Origin: Acinetobacter phage vB_AbaSI_3
Sequence record: PQ382034.1
DNA: 64,000 nucleotides
Strand: one strand, 5' to 3'
Part shown: positions 1 to 12,151 of the stretch, one piece after another
How the letters are laid out: every line of letters starts with the position of its first letter
How positions within the stretch are numbered: the first letter of the stretch is position 1
Made by a program: the position numbers and the translations under genes
The notes under the pieces: model-generated
The model's input: the letters and a program-made list of their open reading frames with translations, nothing else
Told to the model about the DNA's origin: nothing
Database searches by the model: none

Positions 1-534
1 GAACAAATTTCATCAATACTGAATATGTCTTTAGCTAAATCAGTGAAGGTAAATGCAGGCGTAGCTCTAATATCACAACAAAATGATTTTCAGGATGCGA
101 TCAAATCTGATGTTATTTTAATTAATATTGGCACGTATGATTATGCATTCAATACAGTTCTTGGTACAATAGCTGATGCAGTAGATGATTTTTCTGGTAG
201 TGCAACATTCTATAGCGAATTGTATTCATTATTGTCTAAAGTTTCTACAGCTACGTCAAAATCTAGAGTTTTTGTAACAAATGGATATCGCACCACACAA
301 TTCACGAATGGTGTAAAGTATCCTAATAAAAATACTGAAGGGAAGGCACTCGAAGATTATTCTAAAGCTATTTTAGATGTGGCCTCTATATTCGGAATTC
401 CTGTTATAGATACTAATAACGAATTAGGAATTCATGTAAAGAATTCTGGATTATTTTTGAACACAACTGGATTTACGGTAGACGGTTCAAAACGATTTGT
501 CAATTTAGTAACAGGCTTCATAAATTCTAAATAA
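1..534 (+). CDS. 3' fragment of an upstream structural gene (wac/whisker or fibre position before gp13); C-terminal ~170 aa resemble an SGNH/GDSL-type esterase domain
   Basis: Frame 1 is open from nt 1 (EQISSILN before the first Met), so the gene starts upstream of the window. The C-terminus has a GTYDY block (block-III-like GxND) and an FGIPVIDTNNELGIHVKNSG block (DGxH-like block V). It sits directly upstream of gp13, where T4 has wac. Confidence 0.4.
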   Translation, partial: EQISSILNMSLAKSVKVNAGVALISQQNDFQDAIKSDVILINIGTYDYAFNTVLGTIADAVDDFSGSATFYSELYSLLSKVSTATSKSRVFVTNGYRTTQFTNGVKYPNKNTEGKALEDYSKAILDVASIFGIPVIDTNNELGIHVKNSGLFLNTTGFTVDGSKRFVNLVTGFINSK

Positions 535-538
535 TTAA

Positions 539-555
539 AGGCCTTCGGGCCTTTT
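539..555 (+). terminator. Rho-independent terminator, UUCG-tetraloop hairpin (aggcc-ttcg-ggcct) + TTTT
   Basis: Perfect 5-bp GC stem with a ttcg loop followed by a T-run, 5 nt after the stop at 534. Confidence 0.55.
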
Positions 556-565
556 GAGGTATAAA

Positions 566-1483
566 ATGTTTACAGAACCTAAAACACCGAAACAATTAAA
601 AGATCATATTTTGATGCGACTTGGTGCACCAATCATAAAAATTGAAGTCACTGAACAACAAATTATGCAGTGTATTCAACGTGCATTAGAATTATATGGC
701 GAATATCATTACAACGGCTTAAATAAAACATTTATGTGGATTTATGTCGGTGATGATGAAACATATAAAAATGGAGTCTTTGACTTAAGTAAAGAAAATA
801 TTTTTGCAGTGACACAAATTCTTCGGGGAAATACTGGTGCATTATTAACAATGGATGGATCAGCAACATACCCATGGGTGTCTGATTTTATTCTTGGGCT
901 AGCCGGTGTAAATGGCTGCTCTACTGCTCAGTCATTTGGTCCTAATGCATATGGCGCTAATCTTAGTTATTATACTTCGGTTATGCAATATTGGACACAA
1001 TTACAAAATATGTTAAATCCTGTACCAGATTATTGGTTTAACGATGACACCGGGCAGCTTAAACTTTCAGGCAATTTTAAGAAAGGTGATTACTTATTTT
1101 TAGAAGTTTGGGTTAAATCATTTGTTGATACTAGTCACTCAGTTGGAACATACGCTGGATATGGATATGCTCAAGCTGAACAAGACCAGTGGTCATTATC
1201 TGACACATATAATAATGCCAATCGTCGAGTAGAAGGATATAGAGCTGGTGAAAATAACGGCACTAAACAAGGGGCATTCAATAATCGCTGGGTAAAGGAT
1301 TATGCTACTGCATTAGTTAAAGAGCTCAATGGACAAATTTTGGCTAAGCATCAAGGGATGCAATTAGCTGGTGGTACCACAGTAGATGGATTGCGCCTTA
1401 TCGAAGAATCACGAATAGAAAAAGAACGCTTACGTGAAGAATTAGATTTATTAGCAGCTCCACCTGGAATTTTAATGGGGTAA
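566..1483 (+). CDS. 13: Neck protein gp13
   Basis: Aligns along its length with T4 gp13 ([51 protein letters not shown]). ATG at 566 is preceded by GAGGT; the ORF track's TTG at 554 is less likely. Confidence 0.85.
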   Translation: MFTEPKTPKQLKDHILMRLGAPIIKIEVTEQQIMQCIQRALELYGEYHYNGLNKTFMWIYVGDDETYKNGVFDLSKENIFAVTQILRGNTGALLTMDGSATYPWVSDFILGLAGVNGCSTAQSFGPNAYGANLSYYTSVMQYWTQLQNMLNPVPDYWFNDDTGQLKLSGNFKKGDYLFLEVWVKSFVDTSHSVGTYAGYGYAQAEQDQWSLSDTYNNANRRVEGYRAGENNGTKQGAFNNRWVKDYATALVKELNGQILAKHQGMQLAGGTTVDGLRLIEESRIEKERLREELDLLAAPPGILMG

Positions 1484-1486
1484 GAT

Positions 1487-2251
1487 ATGACTACATTTGA
1501 TAGTAGCTTATTTGCTACATTAGAAGATGGAAGTGGATATGACAAAACTAATGTCTCTGAAGTCCTTAACCCGTATGTTAACTTTTATCATCACGACAAC
1601 ACTCAAACGTTACAAGACATGTTAGTTGCAGAAAGCATACAAATGCGTGGAGTAGAGTGTTACTATTTGCCATCGGAATTTGTCAATAAAGATGAATTAT
1701 TTGGTGAGGACCCATCACGAAAATTCAATAAAGCTTGGAAGTTTGCAGCATATCTTGACTCGTTTGAAGGATATTCTGGTGGCAACTCATTCTTTAGTAA
1801 ATTTGGTATGACGGTAAATGACGAAGTTACAATAACAATAAATCCAAATTTATTCAAACATCAAGTTAATGGTCAAGAACCAAAGGAAGGAGATTTATTT
1901 TATTTTGCTATGGATAAATCACTCTTTGAGATAACTTGGGTTGAGCCATATAACCCATTTTATCAAGTTGGTTCTAATGCTATGCGAAGAATCACTGCAC
2001 AGAAATTTGTGTATTCAGGTGAAGAGATTAAGCCAGTTCTTCAGTACAATGAAGGCATCAATATTCCTGAATTTAGTGAGCTCGATCTTGATCCTGTTCA
2101 TGCATTAAATGATCTGCATGATATTAAAACTACTCAATATGTTGAAACTGATGCTATCAATGACGAAGGCAAAGAAATAATCGAGCCATATGTTGTAGTA
2201 AACAATAAAGGTATCATGGGTGACGGATCTCCATTTGATGACTTCGTGTAA
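1487..2251 (+). CDS. 14: Neck protein gp14
   Basis: Strong identity to T4 gp14 ([53 protein letters not shown]). Confidence 0.9.
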   Translation: MTTFDSSLFATLEDGSGYDKTNVSEVLNPYVNFYHHDNTQTLQDMLVAESIQMRGVECYYLPSEFVNKDELFGEDPSRKFNKAWKFAAYLDSFEGYSGGNSFFSKFGMTVNDEVTITINPNLFKHQVNGQEPKEGDLFYFAMDKSLFEITWVEPYNPFYQVGSNAMRRITAQKFVYSGEEIKPVLQYNEGINIPEFSELDLDPVHALNDLHDIKTTQYVETDAINDEGKEIIEPYVVVNNKGIMGDGSPFDDFV

Positions 2252-2281
2252 GCATAAATACAAATAAAAAGGAGAAGAATT

Positions 2282-3106
2282 TTGTTTGGGTACTGGTACA
2301 ATTCTTCGATTAGAAGATATTGCGTTTTGATGGGAGATTTATTCTCCCACGTCCAAGTGATGAGAAAACGTGATAATGGCAAAATTGAACTTATTAAAGT
2401 TCCTATCTCATTTTCATCTAAAGAAAGATTTATTGAGAAATTAGACACAGTTACATCGGTCAACAATGATGGCCCTGTGGCAAAAGTAGAGACTATTCTC
2501 CCAAGAATGTGCCTAAATTTAGTTGACATAATTTACAATGGGCAATATAAAACTGCACTAACTAATAGAAATGTCAAATCTCCTGCTGGTGGCACTGATA
2601 TGGTATCACAATACAATCCAGTGCCAGTAAAATTTTTATTCGAGCTCGGTGTCTACACTCGCCATCAAGATGATATGTTTCAAATAATTGAACAGATTTG
2701 GCCGTATTTTCAGCCACATTTCTCTACCAAAATGAGAGAACTATTTGGCAATGATATTGAATTCGAGCGAAATATTCGTGTAGTTTTACAATCATTGTCA
2801 TTTGACAATCAAGTTGAAACTGATAAAACTACGCGCAGAAGATTGCAAACTGATTTTATTTTTGAAGTCAATGGGTGGTTATATCCTCCGGTTGCAGAAA
2901 TAAAAGGTGAAATTAGAACAATTTATCTTGATCTGTTTGCTAATGAAAAGACTCTTGACCATGAAGGCGTATTTGAATCGGTGGACACTCAAGTTCGCCC
3001 TGTCGATGCGACTATTGATAACTGGAGCGGTACATCAGAGCAAAGCATTTCAGCAGGAATCCCTATTCCTAAAGCTCCAGAAGAGCCACATTTAAGGAGA
3101 AACTAA
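2282..3106 (+). CDS. 15: Tail sheath stabiliser/tail completion protein gp15; apparent TTG start
   Basis: [13 protein letters not shown].. matches the T4 gp15 N-terminus MFGYFYNSSFRRY and the rest of the protein. The start codon is TTG, 7 nt after AGGAG. No in-frame ATG lies between the upstream stop and this TTG. Confidence 0.85.
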   Translation: MFGYWYNSSIRRYCVLMGDLFSHVQVMRKRDNGKIELIKVPISFSSKERFIEKLDTVTSVNNDGPVAKVETILPRMCLNLVDIIYNGQYKTALTNRNVKSPAGGTDMVSQYNPVPVKFLFELGVYTRHQDDMFQIIEQIWPYFQPHFSTKMRELFGNDIEFERNIRVVLQSLSFDNQVETDKTTRRRLQTDFIFEVNGWLYPPVAEIKGEIRTIYLDLFANEKTLDHEGVFESVDTQVRPVDATIDNWSGTSEQSISAGIPIPKAPEEPHLRRN

Positions 3107-3584
3107 TGGATATTATGCAGCAAATCTTAGATTGTACTGATTTGCCTGGCATGGAAGGAGAGGAATTGGTAGTTTATCAGCCTCTCGTTCTTGAAGAGGT
3201 ACAAAGTAATCCAACAAATAGGACACCAGATTTAGAATCTGACTATGCAATTGTCAGAAAAAACTTGCATTTCCAACAGCAAATGTTAATGGATGCAGCT
3301 AAAATATTTTTAGAAACTGCAAAAAATGCAGATAGCCCTAGACACATGGAAGTTTTCTCGACTTTAATGGGTCAAATGACTAGCACAAATAAAGAGATTC
3401 TAAAAGTACATAAAGAGATGAAAGACATCACCAATGAATCAGTAACGGCTGCTAAACCCAAAGAAACTGGTTCTGTTAACATTGAAACCGCACAGGTTTT
3501 TGTAGGTGGCCCTGCAGAAATTATGGAACGTTATGGCGATGCTTTCGAAACTAAAACCCGCAACTTAGAAGTGGTAGACGAACA

Positions 3585-3588
<4 letters not shown>
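3106..3588 (+). CDS. 16: Terminase small subunit gp16
   Basis: High identity to T4 gp16 ([49 protein letters not shown]). Confidence 0.9.
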
Positions 3589-5832
<2,244 letters not shown>

Positions 5833-5859
5833 TTGAAAAATAAATAAACAGGAGTCAAA

Positions 5860-7836
5860 ATGGCTTTACTATCACCTGGTATTGAATTAAAAGAAAATAC
5901 CACACAAAGTACAGTAGTACAAAATGCCACTGGACGTGCAGCTATGGCTGGTAAGTTCCAATGGGGTCCTGCATATCAAGTAATTCAAGTAACAAATGAA
6001 GTAGAATTAGTAAACCTTTTTGGTCAACCTAATAACATTACTTCAGAATACTTTATGTCGGCGGCAAATTTCCTTCAATATGGTAATGACTTACGATTAG
6101 TTCGCGTTGTTAATGAAGACGCTGCTAGAAACTCTAGTCCGATTGCAGGAAATGTGAAATTCACTATTTCTTCTGCAGGTAATAACTATAAAGTTGGCGA
6201 TAAGATACTAATCAAATACACGTCAACTGAAATCGAATCGAATGCCCGTGTAACATCAGTTGATGCTGATGGCAAAATCAAAAGCATCTTTATTCCCACT
6301 GATAAGATTATTGCATACGCAAAATCAATTGGGCAATATCCTGCTCTAAGTGATGCTTGGACTGCTGAAGTTGTATCGTCAACTGGTATCCAAGGTGCAA
6401 TCAATCTAGGATCAATTGAAACTGACTCTGGTATCATTTTGACTGATCCTAATAATGCATCTGCCAAAATGACTTCTACTAAATTCCAAGAATCGTTAGC
6501 AAAATATGGTATGCCTGGTGTTGTTGCGCTTTATCCAGGTGAAACAGGCGACCAACTAGAAGTAGAAATTGTTTCTAAGGCTGATTATGATAAAGGCTCG
6601 CCAGTTTTAAATATCTATCCTTCAGGTGGCACAAGAGCATCTGTAGCTAAAGGTGTATTCGGGTACGGGCCTCAAACTGATGATCAATACGCGTTTATTG
6701 TGCGTCGCAATGGTGAAGTTGTAGAATCATACATCCTTTCTACTAAGGAAGGTGAAAAAGACATGTACGGTAGCAACATTTTCCTTGATGACTATTTTGC
6801 CCGCGGTTCAAGTAACTATATTTTTGCTACATCAACTGGCTTCCCTAAAGGTTTCTCAGGTATTATTCGCCTTAATGGAGGTTTATCTGCTAATGAAGCT
6901 GTAACTGCAGGCGATTTAATGCTTGGTTGGGACAAATTTGCTGATGCAGAAGCATTACATGTCAATTTGTTAATTGCCGGATCATGCGCAGGCGAAGATG
7001 CGGAAGTTGCTTCTACCGTTCAGAAACATGTAGTTTCTATCGCTGATGAACGTAAAGACTGCCTAGTTTTAATTTCACCACCACGTGAGACAATTGTAAA
7101 TATTGGCTTACCGATTGCAGTTGATAACCTAATTGCGTGGCGTCAAGGTACCGGTGCTTATGATACTGCAAACATGAACATCAGTTCAACATATGCGTTT
7201 ATTGATGGCAACTACAAATATCAATATGACAAATACAATGATGTTAACCGCTGGGTTCCATTAGCTGGTGATATCGCTGGATTATGTGCTCGTACTGATG
7301 ATATTTCTCAACCGTGGATGTCTCCAGCAGGCTATCAACGTGGTCAATTGTTGAATGTTGTCAAGTTGGCTATCGAACCTCGTAAAGCACAACGTGACCG
7401 TATGTATCAAGATGCAATCAATCCAGTTATTGGTGCAAATGGTGGAGACGGATTCGTGTTGTTTGGCGACAAAACTGCAACAAAAGTTCCTTCACCGTTT
7501 GACCGAGTAAACGTTCGTCGTTTATTCAATATGCTTAAAAAGAATATTGGTGATGCTTCTAAATTCCGTTTATTCGAAATTAACGATGCATTCACACGTA
7601 GTGCCTTCCGTATGGAAACTTCGCAATATCTTTCAGGCATTCGTTCTTTAGGCGGTGTATATGATTTCCGAGTAGTTTGTAACGAGACTAATAACACACC
7701 AGCGGTTATTGATCGAAATGAATTTGTTGCAACATTCTACATCAAACCGGCAAGGTCAATCAACTTTATTCAATTGAACTTTGTTGCTACTGCAACATCT
7801 GCAGATTTTGATGAATTGATTGGCAAACAACAATAA
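5860..7836 (+). CDS. 18: Tail sheath protein gp18
   Basis: Collinear with T4 gp18 (MALLSPGIELKE.., NEFVATFYIKPARSIN..LNFVATAT.ADFDEL). Confidence 0.95.
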   Translation: MALLSPGIELKENTTQSTVVQNATGRAAMAGKFQWGPAYQVIQVTNEVELVNLFGQPNNITSEYFMSAANFLQYGNDLRLVRVVNEDAARNSSPIAGNVKFTISSAGNNYKVGDKILIKYTSTEIESNARVTSVDADGKIKSIFIPTDKIIAYAKSIGQYPALSDAWTAEVVSSTGIQGAINLGSIETDSGIILTDPNNASAKMTSTKFQESLAKYGMPGVVALYPGETGDQLEVEIVSKADYDKGSPVLNIYPSGGTRASVAKGVFGYGPQTDDQYAFIVRRNGEVVESYILSTKEGEKDMYGSNIFLDDYFARGSSNYIFATSTGFPKGFSGIIRLNGGLSANEAVTAGDLMLGWDKFADAEALHVNLLIAGSCAGEDAEVASTVQKHVVSIADERKDCLVLISPPRETIVNIGLPIAVDNLIAWRQGTGAYDTANMNISSTYAFIDGNYKYQYDKYNDVNRWVPLAGDIAGLCARTDDISQPWMSPAGYQRGQLLNVVKLAIEPRKAQRDRMYQDAINPVIGANGGDGFVLFGDKTATKVPSPFDRVNVRRLFNMLKKNIGDASKFRLFEINDAFTRSAFRMETSQYLSGIRSLGGVYDFRVVCNETNNTPAVIDRNEFVATFYIKPARSINFIQLNFVATATSADFDELIGKQQ

Positions 7837-7841
7837 TAAAT

Positions 7842-7855
7842 GGGCCTTCGGGCCC
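7842..7855 (+). other. UUCG-tetraloop hairpin (gggcc-ttcg-ggccc) between gp18 and gp19; no T-run, so a likely RNA stabiliser/attenuator rather than a full terminator
   Basis: Perfect 5-bp GC stem with a ttcg loop; followed by taattt. Confidence 0.45.
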
Positions 7856-7872
7856 TAATTTAAGGAAATACA

Positions 7873-8364
7873 ATGGAACTTACAGATTTACTCAGAGCAT
7901 TTGAATCTGGTGACTTTGCACGCCCTAACTTATTTGAAGTTGAAATCCCTTTCTTAGGCAAGAATTTTAGTTTTAAATGTAAAGCAGCTGCTATGCCACC
8001 AGCTAACGTTGACAAAATTGCAGTCGGCTTCCAAAACAGAAAGTTGCATGTTGCTGGCGATAGAACATTTGATGACTGGTCGGTAACGATTTATTCAGAT
8101 GACAAGCATGAAACTCGTCAGGCTATCCTTGATTGGCAAAATCTATGTCATGGGCAAGGTGCAGAAATTAGCGGTGCAACACCTGCTGATTACAAAAAGA
8201 CAGCAATTATTCGCCAGTTTGGACGCGACGGCAAAACGATCACTAAAGAGTATACGATTTATGGGCTATGGCCAACTCTTGTAGGTGAAGTGCAATTGGA
8301 CTGGGACCAAAACTCGGAAGTAGAAACATTTGAAACTACGTTTGCATTAGATTATTGGCTATAA
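7873..8364 (+). CDS. 19: Tail tube protein gp19
   Basis: 163 aa, same length as T4 gp19, in the syntenic position between gp18 and gp20. Not aligned residue-by-residue here. Confidence 0.9.
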   Translation: MELTDLLRAFESGDFARPNLFEVEIPFLGKNFSFKCKAAAMPPANVDKIAVGFQNRKLHVAGDRTFDDWSVTIYSDDKHETRQAILDWQNLCHGQGAEISGATPADYKKTAIIRQFGRDGKTITKEYTIYGLWPTLVGEVQLDWDQNSEVETFETTFALDYWL

Positions 8365-8379
8365 GTGAAATCCGATTGG

Positions 8380-8387
8380 TATAAATA
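8380..8387 (+). promoter_or_regulatory. Late promoter TATAAATA upstream of gp20, inside an inverted repeat (ccgattg..caatcgg)
   Basis: TATAAATA at 8380-8387 is flanked by a 7-bp inverted repeat. GGAGG SD lies before the ATG at 8425. Confidence 0.5.
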
Positions 8388-8424
8388 AACTTATATCAAT
8401 CGGAACCACTCTGTAGGAGGATTT

Positions 8425-9978
8425 ATGCAAGATGTGAACGATTTGAAAATGTTCGCTTTTTGGCAAAAAGTTGATACCGCAGAATACGATCAAATTATTA
8501 ACAATAAAGCAGAATCAATTACTGCTCCAAAATTTGATGATGGTGCTACAGAAATTGAATCTACCGATGCAGCATACAACGGTGTATTTAGACAACTTTA
8601 TGGTAATCAAGACCCTAACGTTACATCAACAAAAGAATTAATCAATACTTATCGAAGTATGCTTAATAATTATGAAGTTGATAATGCAGTTCAAGAAATT
8701 GTCTCTGATGCAGTAGTGTATGAAGATGGGTATGATGTTGTATCATTGGACTTAGACCAAACAAAATTTTCAGAAAATATTAGAGAGAAAATTTTAGAAG
8801 AATTTAACGAAGTTCTCAACATGTTAAAATTCCAACGAAAAGGATCTGATCATTTCAGACGTTGGTATGTTGATTCTCGTATATTTTTCCATAAAATCAT
8901 TAATCCATCTCGCCCTAAAGATGGAATTATTGAACTTAGACGCCTTGACCCTAGACAAGTGCAATTTATTCGTGAAATCGAAACTGTTACTGAAAAAGGT
9001 GTTAAAGTTGTCAAAGGATATCGTGAATACTTTATCTACGACACACAAAATGATTCGTATAACTGTGGCGGCCAACATTTTGCAGCAGGGACAAAGGTTA
9101 AGATTCCTTACTCTGCAATGGTGTATGCCCATTCAGGATTAACAGATTGTTGCGGCAAAAATATCATTGGGTATTTGCACAGAGCTGTAAAGCCGGCAAA
9201 CCAGCTTAAATTGCTTGAAGACGCAATGATGATATATCGTCTTACTCGTGCACCGGATCGTCGAGTTTTTTATATCGATACTGGTAATATGCCAGCACGT
9301 AAAGCTGCCCAATATATGCAACACATTATGAATTCTCACCGAAATAGAATTTCATATGATGCTTCAACCGGTAAAATTAAAAATCAAGCAAATATGATGG
9401 CCTTGACAGAAGATTATTGGTTGCAACGTCGTGATGGTAAAGCTGTAACAGAAGTTGATACTCTTCCTGGAATGTCCGGGATGAATGAAATGGATGATGT
9501 CCTCTATTTCAGAAAGGCATTATACATGGCTTTACGTGTTCCTCTGTCAAGAATTCCAGATGAACAATCACAAAATGTGTTTGATATGAGCACAGCTATT
9601 TCTCGTGATGAGCTTAGATTTGATAAGTTCATAATGGAATTACAACACAAATTTGAAGAAGTTTTCCTTAATCCTCTCAAAAGCAACTTATTGCTTAAGA
9701 GAATCATCGACGAGGATGAGTGGGAGAATGAAATAAATAATATCAAAGTCGTATTCCACAAAAATTCATACTTCACTGAAATGAAGGACATGGAAATTTT
9801 GGAACGCCGAGTCAATGCGCTGAATTTGGTTGAACCTTATGTTGGAAAATATATTTCTAATCAAACTGCAATGAAACAATTCTTGCATATGTCGGATGAA
9901 GAAATTGCAGCAGAGCGTAAGATTATTGACGAAGAGCTTAAAGATAAAGTATATAACCCACCAGAAGAGGAACTATAA
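8425..9978 (+). CDS. 20: Portal vertex protein gp20
   Basis: Collinear with T4 gp20 ([72 protein letters not shown]). Confidence 0.95.
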   Translation: MQDVNDLKMFAFWQKVDTAEYDQIINNKAESITAPKFDDGATEIESTDAAYNGVFRQLYGNQDPNVTSTKELINTYRSMLNNYEVDNAVQEIVSDAVVYEDGYDVVSLDLDQTKFSENIREKILEEFNEVLNMLKFQRKGSDHFRRWYVDSRIFFHKIINPSRPKDGIIELRRLDPRQVQFIREIETVTEKGVKVVKGYREYFIYDTQNDSYNCGGQHFAAGTKVKIPYSAMVYAHSGLTDCCGKNIIGYLHRAVKPANQLKLLEDAMMIYRLTRAPDRRVFYIDTGNMPARKAAQYMQHIMNSHRNRISYDASTGKIKNQANMMALTEDYWLQRRDGKAVTEVDTLPGMSGMNEMDDVLYFRKALYMALRVPLSRIPDEQSQNVFDMSTAISRDELRFDKFIMELQHKFEEVFLNPLKSNLLLKRIIDEDEWENEINNIKVVFHKNSYFTEMKDMEILERRVNALNLVEPYVGKYISNQTAMKQFLHMSDEEIAAERKIIDEELKDKVYNPPEEEL

Positions 9979-10187
9979 TGGATGATATTATCAAAGCCAT
10001 TGCTTCCAACGACCTAGTAAAATTTAAGCGTTGCTTTAATGAAGCTATGGCAGCAAAAGTTGGAAACGTTTTGGCAGAAGAAAAATTAAAAATTGCCAAA
10101 TCTGTCATGATTGAAGGCGAAGATAAAGTCGTTGATGATGAAGATGATGAAGATGATGACAATGACGACGATGAGGACGAAGAGTAA
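9978..10187 (+). CDS. 67: Prohead core protein gp67-like (acidic C-terminal tail)
   Basis: Small protein at the T4 gene 67 position after gp20, with a [17 protein letters not shown] tail. ATGA coupling to gp20 and to the next ORF. Confidence 0.65.
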   Translation: MDDIIKAIASNDLVKFKRCFNEAMAAKVGNVLAEEKLKIAKSVMIEGEDKVVDDEDDEDDDNDDDEDEE

Positions 10188-10615
10188 TGTTGATTATTGT
10201 TGAAAACGAATTAGTTTTTGATAATGTTTCAAATCTTTTACCTGAGGCCCAAGAACGTTTAAATGGATTTTCAACAATTTTTGAAAAGGATGAAATTGTA
10301 AAGATTGTTGAAAATTTAGCAAAAACTGAGCCTGAACTTGCTGTAGCTATTGGTTCTCTCGTTGAAGATGTTCCTTTAAATGAATTCATGGTCAAACATG
10401 TAAGTGCTAAAGGTGAACTAACAAAAACTAAAGATCGTAAAACGCGTGAGCGTAATGCATATCAAACAACAGGTTTATCAAAATCTGAACGCCGTCGTAT
10501 TGCACGCAAGGCAGTCAAAACGAAAAAAGCTAATCCTTCTGAACAAATTCGTACACAAAAGAAAATCAAAAAAGCTCGAGCTAAACGCAAGAGTATGTAT
10601 GGACTTAAACCATGA
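10187..10615 (+). CDS. 68: Prohead core protein gp68-like (very basic C-terminal half)
   Basis: Position and size match T4 gene 68. K/R-rich C-terminus. Confidence 0.6.
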   Translation: MLIIVENELVFDNVSNLLPEAQERLNGFSTIFEKDEIVKIVENLAKTEPELAVAIGSLVEDVPLNEFMVKHVSAKGELTKTKDRKTRERNAYQTTGLSKSERRRIARKAVKTKKANPSEQIRTQKKIKKARAKRKSMYGLKP

Positions 10616-11259
10616 GCAATGAACCTCAATTGTTAATTGAGCATTGGGGACAGGCATCAGAAATTAATGATGTTTCAGCTTTTCAATTGGATGAATCAAC
10701 AGGTAAAGGATTACCTCCTGGACTTTATATTGAAGGAATTTTCCTTCAAGCGAATGTTGTTAATCGCAACAAACGTTACTACCCAAAGGCTGTTTTAGAA
10801 AAAGCCGTTGATAAGTATATTAAAGAACAGGTCAGTACAAATCAAGCATTAGGTGAATTAAATCATCCACCTCGTGCTAATGTTGACCCAATGCAAGCCG
10901 CTATTATTATCGAAGATATGTGGTGGTCAGGCAATAATGTTATGGGCAGAGCAAGAATTATTGAAGGCGATCAAGGAGCCGGCGATAAATTAGCTGCCTT
11001 GATACGTTCTGGGTGGAAGCCTGGAGTGTCTAGTCGTGGTCTTGGAAGTGTCAAAGATTCTGGACGTGGATATAATATAGTCCAAGATGGATTCAGATTG
11101 ACAGTTGGCGTCGATGTTGTTTGGGGCCCAAGTGCACCAGATGCATGGGTAAAACCTTTAGAGATCACAGAAAGCGTAAATGAAGATGCAAATGTAGCAC
11201 AACCTCAGAACGCTGATTCAGCATTCAAGACGCTTATTAACAACTTGAGTGCATTATAA
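10612..11259 (+). CDS. 21: Prohead core protease gp21
   Basis: Syntenic position and size (215 aa vs T4 212 aa). ATGA overlap with the previous ORF. Confidence 0.8.
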   Translation: MSNEPQLLIEHWGQASEINDVSAFQLDESTGKGLPPGLYIEGIFLQANVVNRNKRYYPKAVLEKAVDKYIKEQVSTNQALGELNHPPRANVDPMQAAIIIEDMWWSGNNVMGRARIIEGDQGAGDKLAALIRSGWKPGVSSRGLGSVKDSGRGYNIVQDGFRLTVGVDVVWGPSAPDAWVKPLEITESVNEDANVAQPQNADSAFKTLINNLSAL

Positions 11260-11262
11260 ATA
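11255..11262 (+). promoter_or_regulatory. Late promoter TATAAATA upstream of gp22
   Basis: Exact motif 27 nt before the ATG at 11289. Confidence 0.5.
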
Positions 11263-11288
11263 AAATTATATTAAAACAGGAAATCAAA

Positions 11289-12122
11289 ATGCTGAAAGAA
11301 CAATTACTTAAGGAAGCTCAAGAAATTGAAGTTTCCGTAGAATTAGACGGTATTTTTGAATCAGTAGAACTTTCTGAAGAAATGCAACAGAATTTTAAAA
11401 CTGTATTCGAAGCTGCTGTTAAGAAAAATGCCGCAACTTTAGCTGAAGCGCATATTACACAAATCGCCGAAAAGGCTGATGAACGTGTTAATGAAGCAGT
11501 CGAAGAGCGTTCTAAGGCTATCGAAGCTAAACTTGTTGAATGTGCTGATAAATTATTTGAGCATACTGCAAAAGAATGGCTTGCTGAAAATAAAGTCCAA
11601 GTTGAACGTGGTATCAAGGCAGATTTATTCGAATCAATGTTTGAAGGTCTCAAAGCTTTGGTTGTAGAACATAATGTTGTTTTACCTGAAGAATCAGTTG
11701 ATGTTGTAACTGAAATGGAAGAAGAGCTCGAAGAACATAAAGAAGAAAATTCAAAATTGTTCAGTGCCTTAACTGAAGCTCAGGATGAATTAAAAACTTT
11801 GAAACGCGAAATTGCCGTAAATGAAGCAACAAGTGAACTTACTGAAAGCCAAAAAGAAAAAGTTCATAGCTTAATTGAAGGCCTTGAATACGGCGATGCA
11901 TTTGAAGCTAAACTACAAGCTATTGTTGAAATGGCAACTACCACTAAGCAACCCGCTACAATTGTTGAAAGCACAAGCGACACCAATGAAGCCGAAATAA
12001 ATAATACTAATAGCGAAGCAGATGGATTAAACTACATTGTGGAAGAGCATAAAGAGCCTGAAACATCTCCAGTACCAAATGCAAAAATCAACTCATATGT
12101 AGCAGCTGCAAAACGCTTCTAA
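11289..12122 (+). CDS. 22: Prohead core scaffold protein gp22
   Basis: Acidic, coiled-coil-like 277-aa protein directly before the major capsid gene. Confidence 0.8.
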   Translation: MLKEQLLKEAQEIEVSVELDGIFESVELSEEMQQNFKTVFEAAVKKNAATLAEAHITQIAEKADERVNEAVEERSKAIEAKLVECADKLFEHTAKEWLAENKVQVERGIKADLFESMFEGLKALVVEHNVVLPEESVDVVTEMEEELEEHKEENSKLFSALTEAQDELKTLKREIAVNEATSELTESQKEKVHSLIEGLEYGDAFEAKLQAIVEMATTTKQPATIVESTSDTNEAEINNTNSEADGLNYIVEEHKEPETSPVPNAKINSYVAAAKRF

Positions 12123-12151
12123 TAAAAAATTATTCATAAAGGTAATAAAAC

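Noticed and set aside
1351-1545. Short antisense or alternative-frame ORFs nested in well-supported genes (e.g. 1351..1545-, 1663..1857-, 2907..3095+, 4286..4510+, 6186..6467-, 8824..9142, 36256..36612-, 53835..54047-, 54504..55070-, 55309..55764-)
   Set aside because: Each lies entirely inside a gene with strong T4 homology on another frame or strand. They lack SD sequences and have biased low-complexity composition. These are typical spurious ORFs.
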